Positions 18,758 to 29,641 are shown, counted from the stretch's first letter. The stretch is 64,000 nt of DNA from Synergistaceae bacterium (GCA_012728165.1 JAAYFQ010000105.1:26120-90119); one strand, 5' to 3'. Made by a program: numbers and translations. Notes: a model not told the origin generated them from the sequence alone.

Positions 18758-20128
18758 ATGAAAAACAATAAAATTGATATTTTCCATGAAAAAATTTCAA
18801 ATATTCTCAAGTTAGACGCTACTTATGCTGACATTTTCGTACAGTCTGGTTCAGGTCACTCTGTACATTATGAAAATAGTAGAATAGAAGAGCTTTCTTC
18901 TTCTAAATCTGATGGGTGCGGCGCACGCATTGTAATCGGTGATAAAACATATTATTCACATACAGCCGGAATGACCGCAAATAATATCAACAGTGCCCTT
19001 ACTACAGTTTTTAATTCCGCTTTTAACAAAAATATTTCTGCAGAAATAATGGGATCTAATGAGTTTATTGATTCTGTAGAAAAACTATCGTCGCCTGATA
19101 TTGATGTGCTTCATTCTATAGATACGGAAATTAGAAATGAATCACAGTATGTTAGACAGGTAGCACTGAGATACTCTGTTTCGAAAAAACACATTCTAAT
19201 AATTAAGCCAGATGGAACTATCTCTGTTGATAACAGAAATTATTGTAGTTTTATTGCTCAAGTAATAACAGAAAGAAATGGAATCCTTCAAACTGGCTCA
19301 GAACGAAGATGTATGGCCGTACCATTTGAAAATTTTTGGGAAAAAGGTACGCCTTTATATATAACGAAAATAGCTCTTAAAAGAGCATTGCTTATGACGG
19401 AAGCGAAACCCTGTCCAGCGGGTAAGATGAAAGTTTTGTTTGCTGGTGAAGCGGGCGGAACTATAGTTCATGAAGCTTGTGGGCATGGGCTGGAAGCAGA
19501 CATAGTTGATAAAGATTATTCCATTTATAGAGATAAGATTGGTAAAAAGGTTGCAAAAGAAACTGTTACTATGGTAGATGATCCAACTATTCCAAATTTG
19601 TTTGGTTCTTATAATTTTGACGATGAGGGGTCATCTGCGCATAGAAATGTACTAATAGAAAATGGGGTTTTAAAAAAATATATTACAGATATTCTTTCTT
19701 CAAAAAGTCTAGGCCTCGAAGCTACAGCTAATGGAAGAAGAGAGTCATATAGGAATATTCCTGTTCCTCGAATGAGCAATACATTTATATTACCTGGAGA
19801 TGCAACATTTGAATCCATGTTAGAAAATGCCAACAACGGATTATATGTAAAAAAAATGGGTGGGGGAGAAGTCAATCCTACTTCTGGTGATTTTGTGTTT
19901 TTTGTTTCAGAGGGATATTTAATAAAAAATGGGAAAATAACGGAACCCGTACGCGGAGCAACTCTAACAGGAAATGGTCCTTCTGTTTTAGAAAACATAT
20001 TAGAACTTGGTAACAATCTCGTTATGGATCCCGGAATATGCGGTAAATCAGGTCAAGGTGTGCCGGTCACAGATGGTCAACCATCTATGCTTATTGATGG
20101 ATTAACAGTCGGTGGAAGTGAGGCATAA
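18758..20128 (+). CDS. tldD: TldD/PmbA-family metalloprotease (TldD type)
   Basis: HEACGHGLE zinc motif and a conserved C-terminal domain (GGGEVNPTSGDF, GATLTGNG). GGAGGG SD. Confidence 0.85.
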   Translation: MKNNKIDIFHEKISNILKLDATYADIFVQSGSGHSVHYENSRIEELSSSKSDGCGARIVIGDKTYYSHTAGMTANNINSALTTVFNSAFNKNISAEIMGSNEFIDSVEKLSSPDIDVLHSIDTEIRNESQYVRQVALRYSVSKKHILIIKPDGTISVDNRNYCSFIAQVITERNGILQTGSERRCMAVPFENFWEKGTPLYITKIALKRALLMTEAKPCPAGKMKVLFAGEAGGTIVHEACGHGLEADIVDKDYSIYRDKIGKKVAKETVTMVDDPTIPNLFGSYNFDDEGSSAHRNVLIENGVLKKYITDILSSKSLGLEATANGRRESYRNIPVPRMSNTFILPGDATFESMLENANNGLYVKKMGGGEVNPTSGDFVFFVSEGYLIKNGKITEPVRGATLTGNGPSVLENILELGNNLVMDPGICGKSGQGVPVTDGQPSMLIDGLTVGGSEA

Positions 20129-20174
20129 TATGTTTTTTAGAAAGAAGTCGCCAACTAAATATAGAGGAGATAAA

Positions 20175-22391
20175 ATGGCAAAAACTAGTTATTTACCACA
20201 GATAACTGCTACTCAGAAAAACTTATTGTGTATAACAACTTTGTTTTTATCAGTATATATTACCATGGCTATTTACACGCCATGGACAGGTTCCTTTGGG
20301 GGAAAAGTATCTGGTTTATTACTAGAATACATAGGTGGATCTTTAATTATTTTGTTGCTATTCATTTCATATGTATCAATATCAAAATTAATATCAAAAG
20401 ATATTCCACATTTTTATAGACAATCAGTTGCAACAATACTCGTCTTTTTAATTGCTTCCCTCTTATTGGGGCTTTATATTATTACGGCAAGAACAACTTT
20501 CCCTCTAGTTACATGGTTATCGCCAGGGAAATTAGGAATTTACCTGGCAGAATTAGCATTTTCGATGTTAGGAGCAGCTGGAACTTTGCTCTTGGGACTA
20601 ATTTCTCTATACATTTCATTACTGCTTTACGGAGTAACCATATATACAAACATGAAACTGCCCAACTTGTCAAAGCTTAGTTGTTATTTTAATAAAAACT
20701 TTAAAAAATGTAAGGGCAATAATATTGAAGATACTGTATCTAACAACGTTAAGTATCCAAATAAAAGGCCTGTCGGAGCACCTAATATTGCAGAATTTAA
20801 CGGAAACTCAGAAGACTATTTTAATGTTCTCGAAGATGATAAGGATATAAGTGCTAATGGTGACGATTACGAACACACTAACAGTGTAAATGAACAATTA
20901 ATTTTGGACCCATCTTTCAATCTCAACAATAGCAAAAATAAAAAAGTAAAACAGGGGATTTTCCCACCTCCAATAGATATTTTCGGCAGCGAAGAATTGC
21001 ATGAAGGTGAGATGAACGAAGAGAAAGCGGCCCCTTTTGGTAAAAAAATAATTCAAACTTTAGGACAATTCGGTATTGAAGCATTTTTAGCAGAGATTCT
21101 TGTTGGACCAACGGTTATACAAATTAGAATACAACTTGCACCTGGAATAAAGGTGAACAAAGTTGCCGCATTAGCTAAGGATATAGCTCTTGCAATTGCA
21201 GTTCCTAGTTTACGTATAGAAGCCCCAATACCTGGGAAACCATACATTGGGATTGAAATACCTAACCCGAAACGCAGAGGTATACCTATAAGAACAGTAT
21301 TGGGTGATTCTGCGTATCAAAATTCGAAATATGCATTGCCGTTACCTTTTGGAGTTGCTGTAAACGGAGATTCTGTTGTTGTTGGACTTGAAGAACTTCC
21401 TCATTTGTTGGTTTCAGGAACAACCGGTTCAGGAAAAAGTGTGTTTATTAATTCTTGTATAGTGGGTTTGTGTTCAATGCGTTCTCCAGAAGAGTTACGT
21501 ATGATACTTGTAGATCCTAAACGGGTAGAAATGGCTGTATATGACAAGCTTCCACACTTACTTACTCCACCTGTTACAGACACTAAAAAGGCAGTACATA
21601 TTCTTGCATGGGCTATAAGAGAAATGGAAAGACGTTATTCGTCTTTTGCAAAAGCAAGAGTGCGTAATCTTGAAGGGTTCAATGAGAAGGTGCTGCTTGG
21701 CGACAGGTTGCCGCTTATAGTTATAGTTGTTGACGAGCTGGCTGATTTAATGATGACTGCTCCAAAAGAAGTTGAAGAATATATCTGTCGTTTAGCTCAG
21801 ATGGCCAGAGCAACAGGTATTCACCTTATTTTGGCTACACAACGTCCTTCTGTTAACGTAGTAACGGGGCTAATTAAAGCAAACATTCCTGCTAGAGTTG
21901 CCTTTACTCTTCCGAGCAACGCAGACTCGCGTACAATCATAGACTGCGCTGGAGCGGAAAAATTATTAGGGAAAGGGGACATGCTTTTCCTTTCTACAAA
22001 ACATCCTAAGCCTATACGTATTCAGGCTCCATGGATAGAAGAAATAGTTCTTAGTAACTGGCTTCTATATCTCCAAAATATGTTTGGAGGGCCTGATTTT
22101 ATAGAAATAAATACCCGGAGCGGACAGACAGGAGATATGAACGCTGGAACTTACGATGATGACCTACTTGAAGAGGCAATAGAAACTGTAATGTCTACAG
22201 GCATAGCTTCTGCAAGCGGGTTACAAAGACGACTTCGTGTTGGTTTTTCACGCGCATCTAGGCTTATAGATATGATGGAACAACTTGGGATAGTAGGTCC
22301 TGCAGATGGTCCGCGACCTCGTGAAATATTGATAGAAGGAGAAAAAGCCCTAGAATTATTGGATGTTGTGCTTAATAGAGAAGGAATATAG
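20175..22391 (+). CDS. ftsK: DNA translocase FtsK/SpoIIIE
   Basis: N-terminal TM helices, a low-complexity linker, the motor domain (Walker A GTTGSGKS, Walker B VVVDELADLM, ATQRPS) and a C-terminal gamma winged-helix (SASGLQRRLRVGFSRASRLID.ME). The start was set at GGAG, 6 nt, ATG. Confidence 0.92.
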   Translation: MAKTSYLPQITATQKNLLCITTLFLSVYITMAIYTPWTGSFGGKVSGLLLEYIGGSLIILLLFISYVSISKLISKDIPHFYRQSVATILVFLIASLLLGLYIITARTTFPLVTWLSPGKLGIYLAELAFSMLGAAGTLLLGLISLYISLLLYGVTIYTNMKLPNLSKLSCYFNKNFKKCKGNNIEDTVSNNVKYPNKRPVGAPNIAEFNGNSEDYFNVLEDDKDISANGDDYEHTNSVNEQLILDPSFNLNNSKNKKVKQGIFPPPIDIFGSEELHEGEMNEEKAAPFGKKIIQTLGQFGIEAFLAEILVGPTVIQIRIQLAPGIKVNKVAALAKDIALAIAVPSLRIEAPIPGKPYIGIEIPNPKRRGIPIRTVLGDSAYQNSKYALPLPFGVAVNGDSVVVGLEELPHLLVSGTTGSGKSVFINSCIVGLCSMRSPEELRMILVDPKRVEMAVYDKLPHLLTPPVTDTKKAVHILAWAIREMERRYSSFAKARVRNLEGFNEKVLLGDRLPLIVIVVDELADLMMTAPKEVEEYICRLAQMARATGIHLILATQRPSVNVVTGLIKANIPARVAFTLPSNADSRTIIDCAGAEKLLGKGDMLFLSTKHPKPIRIQAPWIEEIVLSNWLLYLQNMFGGPDFIEINTRSGQTGDMNAGTYDDDLLEEAIETVMSTGIASASGLQRRLRVGFSRASRLIDMMEQLGIVGPADGPRPREILIEGEKALELLDVVLNREGI

Positions 22392-22412
22392 AGACAATAA
22401 AAAGGACCGTTT

Positions 22413-22607
22413 TTAAACGGCCCTCTGAACTTTGCCAGAACGGAGGCATTTCGTGCATATATGAAGTTTACGAGTTTCTCCACCGCCTACATTAACGCGT
22501 ACATTTTGTATGTTTATAAGCCAGCGGCGCCTTGTATGACGATTTGAATGGCTAACGGCATTTCCTGTTACTGGTCCACGACCACAACAATCACAAAACT
22601 TTGACAT
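22413..22607 (-). CDS. rpmB: 50S ribosomal protein L28
   Basis: A 64 aa basic protein with the typical C..CG......G..VSHSN..T.RR. pattern. Strong GGGGGAGGGG SD. Confidence 0.9.
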   Translation of the reverse strand: MSKFCDCCGRGPVTGNAVSHSNRHTRRRWLINIQNVRVNVGGGETRKLHICTKCLRSGKVQRAV

Positions 22608-22705
22608 TTGTTTCCCCTCCCCCTACAAGTACCTTGAAACGATTAACTTGTGTATTGTATCACACTATTATATAACTTTACAACTACTTTAATGGAGGTT
22701 TTAAT

Positions 22706-22912
22706 ATGAATTTTAGCGAGAAAATGGCAGAATTAGATAAAACATTGAAAAATTTAGAGGGTGAAACAACGTCTCTTGAAGATGCATTAGCAGAATTCGA
22801 AAAAGGTATTACACTTGTAAAAGAATGTAGGCTATATCTTGAAGAAGCAAAGCAAAAAGTAACTCTTCTTACAGAATCAGGCGAAGAACCTTTTATAGAC
22901 AGAAAGGAATAA
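22706..22912 (+). CDS. xseB: Exodeoxyribonuclease VII small subunit
   Basis: A 68 aa helical protein with the F.E....L..IV..LE...LSLE.....FE.G pattern. It lies immediately upstream of ispA-dxs, which is conserved synteny. Confidence 0.85.
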   Translation: MNFSEKMAELDKTLKNLEGETTSLEDALAEFEKGITLVKECRLYLEEAKQKVTLLTESGEEPFIDRKE

Positions 22913-22919
22913 GTAATAC

Positions 22920-23816
22920 ATGCACAACTCTATAGTTAAAAATACAATGAATCAATATCGTCTTTTATTTGAAGACTATCTTTCATCAACAGCAACAAAA
23001 CGAAGTGAAGGCGTTCCTACAAAATTATTTGAATCTATGGAATATTCATTAAATGCGAAAGGGAAAAGATTGAGACCTATCTTATGCCTTGCTGTAGCAG
23101 AACGTTGCGGTTGCAAGCCTCAAAACGCATTGCCAATGGCCTTAGGACTTGAGATGCTTCATACAGCAACATTAATACATGATGATCTTCCGTGTATGGA
23201 TAACGATGATATGAGAAGAGGAAAACTTTCTAATCATAAAAAATTTGGTGAAACTCTCGCAGTTCTTGCTGGAGATGCACTTTTAGCACAATCTATAGAA
23301 TATCCTTTGTTAAATTTAAAAAAAATTGAAACTGAAAGAATTATTCACGCTATGCAAGTCTTTACTTCAGCAATTGGTCCATCTGGCGTTTGTGGTGGTC
23401 AAGTACTGGACATGGACACGTCAAATATCGATAAAATTCCTAATTATGTGCGTAAAATAGCAGAACTAAAGACAGGAGCTCTTATATCTGCTTCAGTAGT
23501 TTCAGGAGCTATTTTGGGAACTGATGACAAATTAATTATAGATTGCTATAAAAATTATGGGTTACATCTAGGCTCAGCTTTTCAAATTGTTGATGATATA
23601 CTCGATGTGACAAGCACTGCGAAGGAATTGGGAAAGACTCAAGGAAAAGATTTCGAACAAGAAAAAATAACACATGTTTCTGTTTACGGTCTAGAAACTG
23701 CACGTAAAATGGCAAATGAAGAATCTACTTTAGCAAAAAAATCTATATCAAAACTTTTTAAATTGAATGACTTTTTATTAGAATTACCCGACTATCTTAT
23801 TTATAGAACAAATTAA
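22920..23816 (+). CDS. ispA: (2E,6E)-farnesyl / geranylgeranyl diphosphate synthase
   Basis: First and second aspartate-rich motifs (LIHDDLPCMDNDDMRRG; FQIVDDILD). Confidence 0.9.
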   Translation: MHNSIVKNTMNQYRLLFEDYLSSTATKRSEGVPTKLFESMEYSLNAKGKRLRPILCLAVAERCGCKPQNALPMALGLEMLHTATLIHDDLPCMDNDDMRRGKLSNHKKFGETLAVLAGDALLAQSIEYPLLNLKKIETERIIHAMQVFTSAIGPSGVCGGQVLDMDTSNIDKIPNYVRKIAELKTGALISASVVSGAILGTDDKLIIDCYKNYGLHLGSAFQIVDDILDVTSTAKELGKTQGKDFEQEKITHVSVYGLETARKMANEESTLAKKSISKLFKLNDFLLELPDYLIYRTN

Positions 23817-23848
23817 TTTTGTACTGTAAAGGTTATGGTGAGAATTGT

Positions 23849-25720
23849 ATGGAATTATTGAAATCTGTGAAAAATTTTAGAGGTCTAAACAGTCTGACTA
23901 AAGAACAGATTGATTTATTGTGTGCTGATATTAGAGAGTTAATCATTAAAGTTACACTAGAAAATGGTGGACATTTAGCATCGTCTCTTGGCTCAGTTGA
24001 GCTTACAATTGCGTTACTGAAGGTTTTTAATCCCGATTCAGACAAAATTATTTTTGATGTAGGGCATCAAGCTTATACATATAAAATTTTGACAGATCGC
24101 CTTGATGCATTCAATAGTATGAGAACTAAAGGTGGCATTGCTGGATTTCCTAGAATGGATGAAAGTCCATACGATTTTTTCACAACTGGACATAGCAGCA
24201 CCTCGATATCAGCAGCAATGGGATATGCAAAAGCTCGTGATATACGACAAGAAGACTACAATGTTGTTGCTGTAATAGGTGATGGGGCACTTATAAACGG
24301 AGTCGCATTTGAAGCTTTAAATTGCATAGAAAGCACGAATTCAAAAGTTATTATAATACTTAATGACAATAAGATGTCTATTAACTGTAGAGTAGGTGGT
24401 ATGGCAGGCCATCTTGCACGCCTCGCAGTTAACCCTACCTACAAAAAATTCAAAGATTTTATAAAAGATCGCTGTAGAATAATGAAGAGTGGGGAATCTC
24501 TAGAGACTGCATTGGGCCTTATAAAAACCAAGTTAAAATCATTGCTTTTGCCAACAAACATCTTTGAAGAGATGGGTATAAGCTATTGGGGACCTTTTGA
24601 TGGTCATAACGTCCAAAAGTTAGAAGAAGCTTTTGAATTGGCAAAAAACTACGACAAGTCTTTGGTCATTCATGTTATAACGAAAAAAGGTAAGGGCAGT
24701 AAAGTTGCAGAAGAATATCCAGATTATTACCATGGAATTGGACCAAACAGCAAACTTATTTCTCCAGAACTGTTGTCAGAGTCTGCAAATATAACATGGA
24801 GTGCTGCTATGGAAAGATGTTTAAATCGACTTGCCGGAAAAGATCCTAGAGTTGTCGTCTGCACAGCAGCGATGAAAGACGGAACAAAACTTAACAATTT
24901 TGCCGAAACTTATCCGAATAGATTTTTTGATGTAGGCATATCAGAAGAACATTTGCTTATTTTCGCAGCAGGGATGGCAGCAGCTGGTATGAGACCTGCG
25001 GTGTGCATTTATTCGACATTTTTACAACGCGCTGCTGATCAAGTTGTACATGACGTCTGTCTATCAAAGTTGCCTGTTCTATTGGGCATAGACAGAGCTG
25101 GTTTTGTTGGTGCAGACGGAGAAACACACCATGGCCTTTTGGATGTTGCCTGGCTAAGATCTGTTCCAGAAATGACCCTTGTTGCACCAAGAGACATTGA
25201 AGATTTAAACTTTTTTGTAAACAACTGGATTGAACGCGGAATTCCCTTAGCACTGCGTTATTCACGCGGAGATGCCCCACAGTCAATTAGTAGTGGAATT
25301 TCTCGTAAGGTTGCAGAATGGGGAAAAGCTGAGATACTAATTAAAGGAAAAGATTTTTGTCTTATAGGGATAGGAAGTACTCTTCCTTTAATGTTAGAAG
25401 CTAGTGAATTACTCAAAAACTCAAACAATATTGAAGTCACTGTTGTTGACCTAAGGTTTATTAAACCGATAGATTTCGTGACGTTAAAAGAAGTATTCGA
25501 AAAACATAAGCTTATAATTACTGCGGAAGAATCTTTTCTTACAGGTGGAATAGGTGAGGCTATTGCCTCTTTCGCAAATAAAAACGGTTGTCCTTGTAAG
25601 GTTATATCTGTTGGAGTTCCAGATAGATTTATATCACATGCCACAAGGAAACAACAGTGGGAAGAATGTGAGTTAACATCCCAAAATATTGTTGCTATGT
25701 GTTTAGATTATGAAGACTAA
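23849..25720 (+). CDS. dxs: 1-deoxy-D-xylulose-5-phosphate synthase
   Basis: GGHL.SSLG, the TPP-binding GDGAL..G motif, and transketolase-like pyrimidine and C-terminal domains. The start was moved to the ATG after GGTGAG. Confidence 0.93.
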   Translation: MELLKSVKNFRGLNSLTKEQIDLLCADIRELIIKVTLENGGHLASSLGSVELTIALLKVFNPDSDKIIFDVGHQAYTYKILTDRLDAFNSMRTKGGIAGFPRMDESPYDFFTTGHSSTSISAAMGYAKARDIRQEDYNVVAVIGDGALINGVAFEALNCIESTNSKVIIILNDNKMSINCRVGGMAGHLARLAVNPTYKKFKDFIKDRCRIMKSGESLETALGLIKTKLKSLLLPTNIFEEMGISYWGPFDGHNVQKLEEAFELAKNYDKSLVIHVITKKGKGSKVAEEYPDYYHGIGPNSKLISPELLSESANITWSAAMERCLNRLAGKDPRVVVCTAAMKDGTKLNNFAETYPNRFFDVGISEEHLLIFAAGMAAAGMRPAVCIYSTFLQRAADQVVHDVCLSKLPVLLGIDRAGFVGADGETHHGLLDVAWLRSVPEMTLVAPRDIEDLNFFVNNWIERGIPLALRYSRGDAPQSISSGISRKVAEWGKAEILIKGKDFCLIGIGSTLPLMLEASELLKNSNNIEVTVVDLRFIKPIDFVTLKEVFEKHKLIITAEESFLTGGIGEAIASFANKNGCPCKVISVGVPDRFISHATRKQQWEECELTSQNIVAMCLDYED

Positions 25721-26558
25721 TCTTGTAAAACTTGACAAACTTCTCGTGAATAGGAAATTTGTCAAATCTAAAATAATTGCACAAGAATATATTAAATCAG
25801 GAAGAGTTTTCGTTGACGGAATAAAAGTACTTAAGATTGCTTCACAGGTTCCTTCAGAAATATCAATCAAAATTGATCTTCCTGAAAAAAAATGGGTAAG
25901 TAGAGGGGCATTTAAACTTCTAAGGGCCCTTGATGTTTTTAAAGTTTCTCCAAAAGGTAAAGAATGTGTTGATATAGGAGCTTCAACAGGTGGTTTTACA
26001 GATGTACTTCTATCAAGAGGCGCAAATCAAGTATATGCAATAGATGTAGGTTATGGTCAGCTTGCCTGGAAGTTACGAAATGATAATAGAGTTGTTGTAT
26101 TAGAACGCACAAATGCCAAGTTTTTAACAATTGATATGTTGAATAACAAAAAAATGGATATTATCGTATCTGACGCTTCTTTTATTTCTATTAGACTGCT
26201 TCTAAAACCTCTTGAAAAGCTATTAAAAGATGATGGAATAATGATTGTATTACTAAAGCCACAATTTGAGGTAAGTAAGGATAAAGTAGGCAAAGGTGTT
26301 GTAACTGATCATAAATTACATTCAACCATTATTGATAAATTGATAAACTTTATAGATAAAGAGACAAAAATGAAACTTCTAGATATTACATATTCTCCTA
26401 TACGTGGACCTGAAGGAAACATCGAATTCTTGTTGTATCTTTGTTTAAAAGAATCAGTTGTTCAAATAGTTAAAAATATAGATATAAACGCTATAGTTTT
26501 AGATGCTCATAAAAATACAGAATTTAGCAATGAAAGTAGGGCAACTTGCAATGACTAA
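25710..26558 (+). CDS. tlyA: TlyA-family 23S/16S rRNA (cytidine-2'-O)-methyltransferase
   Basis: N-terminal S4 domain followed by an FtsJ-like SAM fold (VDIGASTGGFTD, DASFIS, KPQFE). Confidence 0.88.
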   Translation: MKTNLVKLDKLLVNRKFVKSKIIAQEYIKSGRVFVDGIKVLKIASQVPSEISIKIDLPEKKWVSRGAFKLLRALDVFKVSPKGKECVDIGASTGGFTDVLLSRGANQVYAIDVGYGQLAWKLRNDNRVVVLERTNAKFLTIDMLNNKKMDIIVSDASFISIRLLLKPLEKLLKDDGIMIVLLKPQFEVSKDKVGKGVVTDHKLHSTIIDKLINFIDKETKMKLLDITYSPIRGPEGNIEFLLYLCLKESVVQIVKNIDINAIVLDAHKNTEFSNESRATCND

Positions 26559-27444
26559 GAAAAAACATAATATAGGGATGCTCTTTAACACTCAGAAAAA
26601 AGAGGCCATTCATATGGCCAAAAAGCTTTATTCATGGGGAGACGAAAACAGTATAAATTTTATGATTCCTCCACACGAAGCAGCTGTCATAAACGTTCCT
26701 GAAACAGTTGACAAAATATGGAAAGAAACGGTAGATTTTGCTGTTATTCTTGGTGGAGATGGTACTTTTTTGCGTGCTGCAAGATATTCATTGGGGTATA
26801 AAATTCCGCTTTATGGAATAAATCTTGGTAGACTTGGGTTTCTTGCCACAGGTTGCCCCAAATCTGCAATAGATGATATCAAAATAATTATGAACAAAAA
26901 CTATTCGTTGCAACAAAGATCAGTTCTTAACGGACATGTAATAAGAGAAAATCGCGTTGTCCATGAACTTCATGCTCTGAATGATTTTATAATATCTAAC
27001 AGTGCTCTCGCAAGAGTGATAGACCTTGAGGTTAAGATAGAAACTGAAATATTGTCACTATATATTGGAGATGGGTTAATACTTTCAACTCCAACGGGCT
27101 CTACGGCATATGCGCTTTCGACAGGAGGACCAATTATTCCTCCTCACGTACCGTGCCTTTTACTTGCCCCAATCTGTCCTCATTCTCTCTATACGCGACC
27201 TGTCGTTTTGAGCAGTACCGATGTCCTTACTGTTACTCCCAAGGGGAACGCGCACAATTTAGTGCTGACTCAAGATGGACAGTTAGGATATGACATTTTA
27301 CCCGGGGATAAAGTTGAGGTTAAGTTAGATCCAAAGTTACATGTTTACACTATAGAACTTGAAGGCAGAAGCTATTATGATACGCTTAAGAAAAAGTTAC
27401 GTTGGGGTTTTAACGCCATCTCAGACGGAGGCGACTGGGTTTGA
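26551..27444 (+). CDS. nadK: NAD kinase
   Basis: GGDGT.L motif, NLG.LGFL, and STPTGSTAYALS.GGPI. The start was chosen at the internal ATG that overlaps the tlyA stop. Confidence 0.88.
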   Translation: MTKKKHNIGMLFNTQKKEAIHMAKKLYSWGDENSINFMIPPHEAAVINVPETVDKIWKETVDFAVILGGDGTFLRAARYSLGYKIPLYGINLGRLGFLATGCPKSAIDDIKIIMNKNYSLQQRSVLNGHVIRENRVVHELHALNDFIISNSALARVIDLEVKIETEILSLYIGDGLILSTPTGSTAYALSTGGPIIPPHVPCLLLAPICPHSLYTRPVVLSSTDVLTVTPKGNAHNLVLTQDGQLGYDILPGDKVEVKLDPKLHVYTIELEGRSYYDTLKKKLRWGFNAISDGGDWV

Positions 27445-29096
27445 TAGAAGAGTTTCTTGTCCGCGGAATTGGTGGAATTAAAGAGGCACAACTTTCTCTC
27501 AATGGAAACTTTATAGTGATTACAGGAGAGAGCGGTTCCGGAAAGAGTAGTCTTGTTCGTGCGATGGAGTTTATAACAGGAAAAAGGGCTCAGACTAACA
27601 TGATTCACAGCCTTGAAGATTCATGTTATATAACAATGACTCTGTCTGCTGATGAAAAAGATGATACTAATTCTTTGTTGGAGGCATACAAACCACAGGA
27701 CGGAACAATTATAATAGAAAGAACATTCAATAAGTCTGGCAGGGGGAAATCGACCATACAGGGAATTCCTGTTCCACTAAATATTCTTTCTTTTTTAATG
27801 GAAAAGAAAGTTGTAATACAAAGTCAATTCGCTCAACTTGATCTTATTGAACCTTCGAAACAACTTCAATTGGTCGATTCATTCGGTTCTGATCTATTAA
27901 AAAAAACCGCAAAAGAGCTTTCTTCAACTTTTAATAGTGCCATTTTAATTGAAAAAGAATTGCTCTCCCTAAGAAAAAAACGTAGAGAAATGGAAGAAAT
28001 ATATCAGGACTCTGAAAATATTCTAAGGCAAATACATGATTTGGAACTTCTGGAAAATAGTGAAGAAATCTGGCAGAAAGAGTTAGATGAGCTTGAAAAT
28101 ACATATAAACTCGTTGAGGCATATAAAAGAATATCCCAAAGATTATTAGGTACAGCTTCAGGTGATGGGCTGTTTGAAGAACTTGAAGAACTATCAAAAC
28201 AAACATATTCATTAGCCCCTGATGATGTTGACTGGCATAAATGTATAGAAGAAATGCTTTTATCTGTTCAGAATTTTTCAACTAAACTTAATGATGCTGC
28301 AAAATCTGACAATGGACAAGACGAAATTGAAAAAGCGCAGGAACATTTAGAGAAAAAAATAGGAATAATAAGAAAAATCAAAAGAACTCTTGGTTTGTCT
28401 AATTGCAAGGAAGTTCTTGATTATGTTAAAACAGCAACTGATGATATTGCATGGCTAAAAGAAAGCAATAAAACAATTGAAAATCTTGTAAAACAAGCAG
28501 ATGAGCTCAAGAAAGATATTTCAACAAAAGCTCTTGAGCTTAGAAAGCTTCGAAAAGAATCAGCAAAGGCTCTTTCTGAAAGAGTTAACGCTAATTTAAA
28601 TGACATGGCTATGGAATATGCTACTTTTAACATAGAAATCGAAGGGCATGATAAAGTTCGTTCTACAGGGGCAGAAAACGCATCTTTTACTCTTGCTCTT
28701 CAAAACCAAAGTCCACTTCCTGTTGCTAAAAACGCATCGGGTGGCGAATTAAGCCGTATCTTGATAGCATTACAATTATCTCTTGGAGAGAGCAGTCTGC
28801 CCGAAACATTAATTTTCGATGAAGTAGAGGCTGGGCTAGGTGGAAAAACGGCTCTTCTTGCAGGGTACAAACTTAAAGAATTATCGCAAAAGTGCAGGAC
28901 AATACTTATTACTCATGAGGCAACCATAGCTGCTATGGCTGATCAGCACTACTTAGTCGAAAGAACAGGTGACGATACTAATATAAAAGAGGTTAAGGGC
29001 GCTGAGCGTGAACGTGAGATTGCAAGGATGCTTGCAGGAGATGAAACCTCAACTGAAGCCATAAAACATGCCCATGCATTACTTGAAAACCAGTAA
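27441..29096 (+). CDS. recN: DNA repair protein RecN
   Basis: SMC-like protein: Walker A (GESGSGKS), a long coiled coil, the signature ASGGELSR and Walker B (LIFDEVEAGLGG). TTG start overlaps the nadK stop. Confidence 0.9.
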   Translation: MIEEFLVRGIGGIKEAQLSLNGNFIVITGESGSGKSSLVRAMEFITGKRAQTNMIHSLEDSCYITMTLSADEKDDTNSLLEAYKPQDGTIIIERTFNKSGRGKSTIQGIPVPLNILSFLMEKKVVIQSQFAQLDLIEPSKQLQLVDSFGSDLLKKTAKELSSTFNSAILIEKELLSLRKKRREMEEIYQDSENILRQIHDLELLENSEEIWQKELDELENTYKLVEAYKRISQRLLGTASGDGLFEELEELSKQTYSLAPDDVDWHKCIEEMLLSVQNFSTKLNDAAKSDNGQDEIEKAQEHLEKKIGIIRKIKRTLGLSNCKEVLDYVKTATDDIAWLKESNKTIENLVKQADELKKDISTKALELRKLRKESAKALSERVNANLNDMAMEYATFNIEIEGHDKVRSTGAENASFTLALQNQSPLPVAKNASGGELSRILIALQLSLGESSLPETLIFDEVEAGLGGKTALLAGYKLKELSQKCRTILITHEATIAAMADQHYLVERTGDDTNIKEVKGAEREREIARMLAGDETSTEAIKHAHALLENQ

Positions 29097-29203
29097 CTAT
29101 AAACAAAATCAAACTAACTGTATTAAGACAAGTATCGGTGAATAAAAGATATATAATGCTTTAATAGCATCGTGTTCGAATGTATGATTTTGTTGCATTT
29201 TCC

Positions 29204-29232
29204 TTGACATTTTAATATCCAACCAGTAAAAT
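29204..29232 (+). promoter_or_regulatory. Sigma-70-type promoter for rplU-rpmA
   Basis: TTGACA (29204-29209), a 17 nt spacer, then TAAAAT (29227-29232). This leaves a leader of about 75 nt before the L21 SD GGAAGGAGG. Confidence 0.65.
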
Positions 29233-29313
29233 GCACAAGTTATACTATACGCTTGATGTGGGTTTTAAAAGCTAAATGGCTACCTGACACACAGCGGAAG
29301 GAGGAAATAATAT

Positions 29314-29625
29314 ATGTATGCAATAATTGAAACTGGTGGAAAGCAGTATCGTGTAACTAAAGGTGATAAAATTCGTATGGAGAAAATCACCGCAGATAAT
29401 GAAGCTGAGGTGACCTTTGATAAGGTTATTCTCTTAGGCAAAGACGACACTCCTGTTATTGGAACACCTTATGTAGATGGAGCATATGTTACGGCAAAAG
29501 TTCTTGAACATGGTAAAGATGACAAAGTTATTGTCTTCAGATATCGTAGAAAAAAGAACTACCGTAAGTTTCGCAGTCATCGCCAGCAATTCACTTCAGT
29601 TCTTATTGAAAGCATTAATGGTTAG
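29314..29625 (+). CDS. rplU: 50S ribosomal protein L21
   Basis: Canonical MYAIIETGGKQYRV N-terminus. Confidence 0.95.
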   Translation: MYAIIETGGKQYRVTKGDKIRMEKITADNEAEVTFDKVILLGKDDTPVIGTPYVDGAYVTAKVLEHGKDDKVIVFRYRRKKNYRKFRSHRQQFTSVLIESING

Positions 29626-29641
29626 AGGGGGATATTAAGTT

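Noticed and set aside
22399-22425. Possible hairpin GGACCGTT-TTTA-AACGGCCC between the convergent ftsK and rpmB genes, as a shared terminator.
   Set aside because: The stem contains an A.C mismatch, overlaps the rpmB stop codon and lacks a clear U-tract. It is too weak to call.
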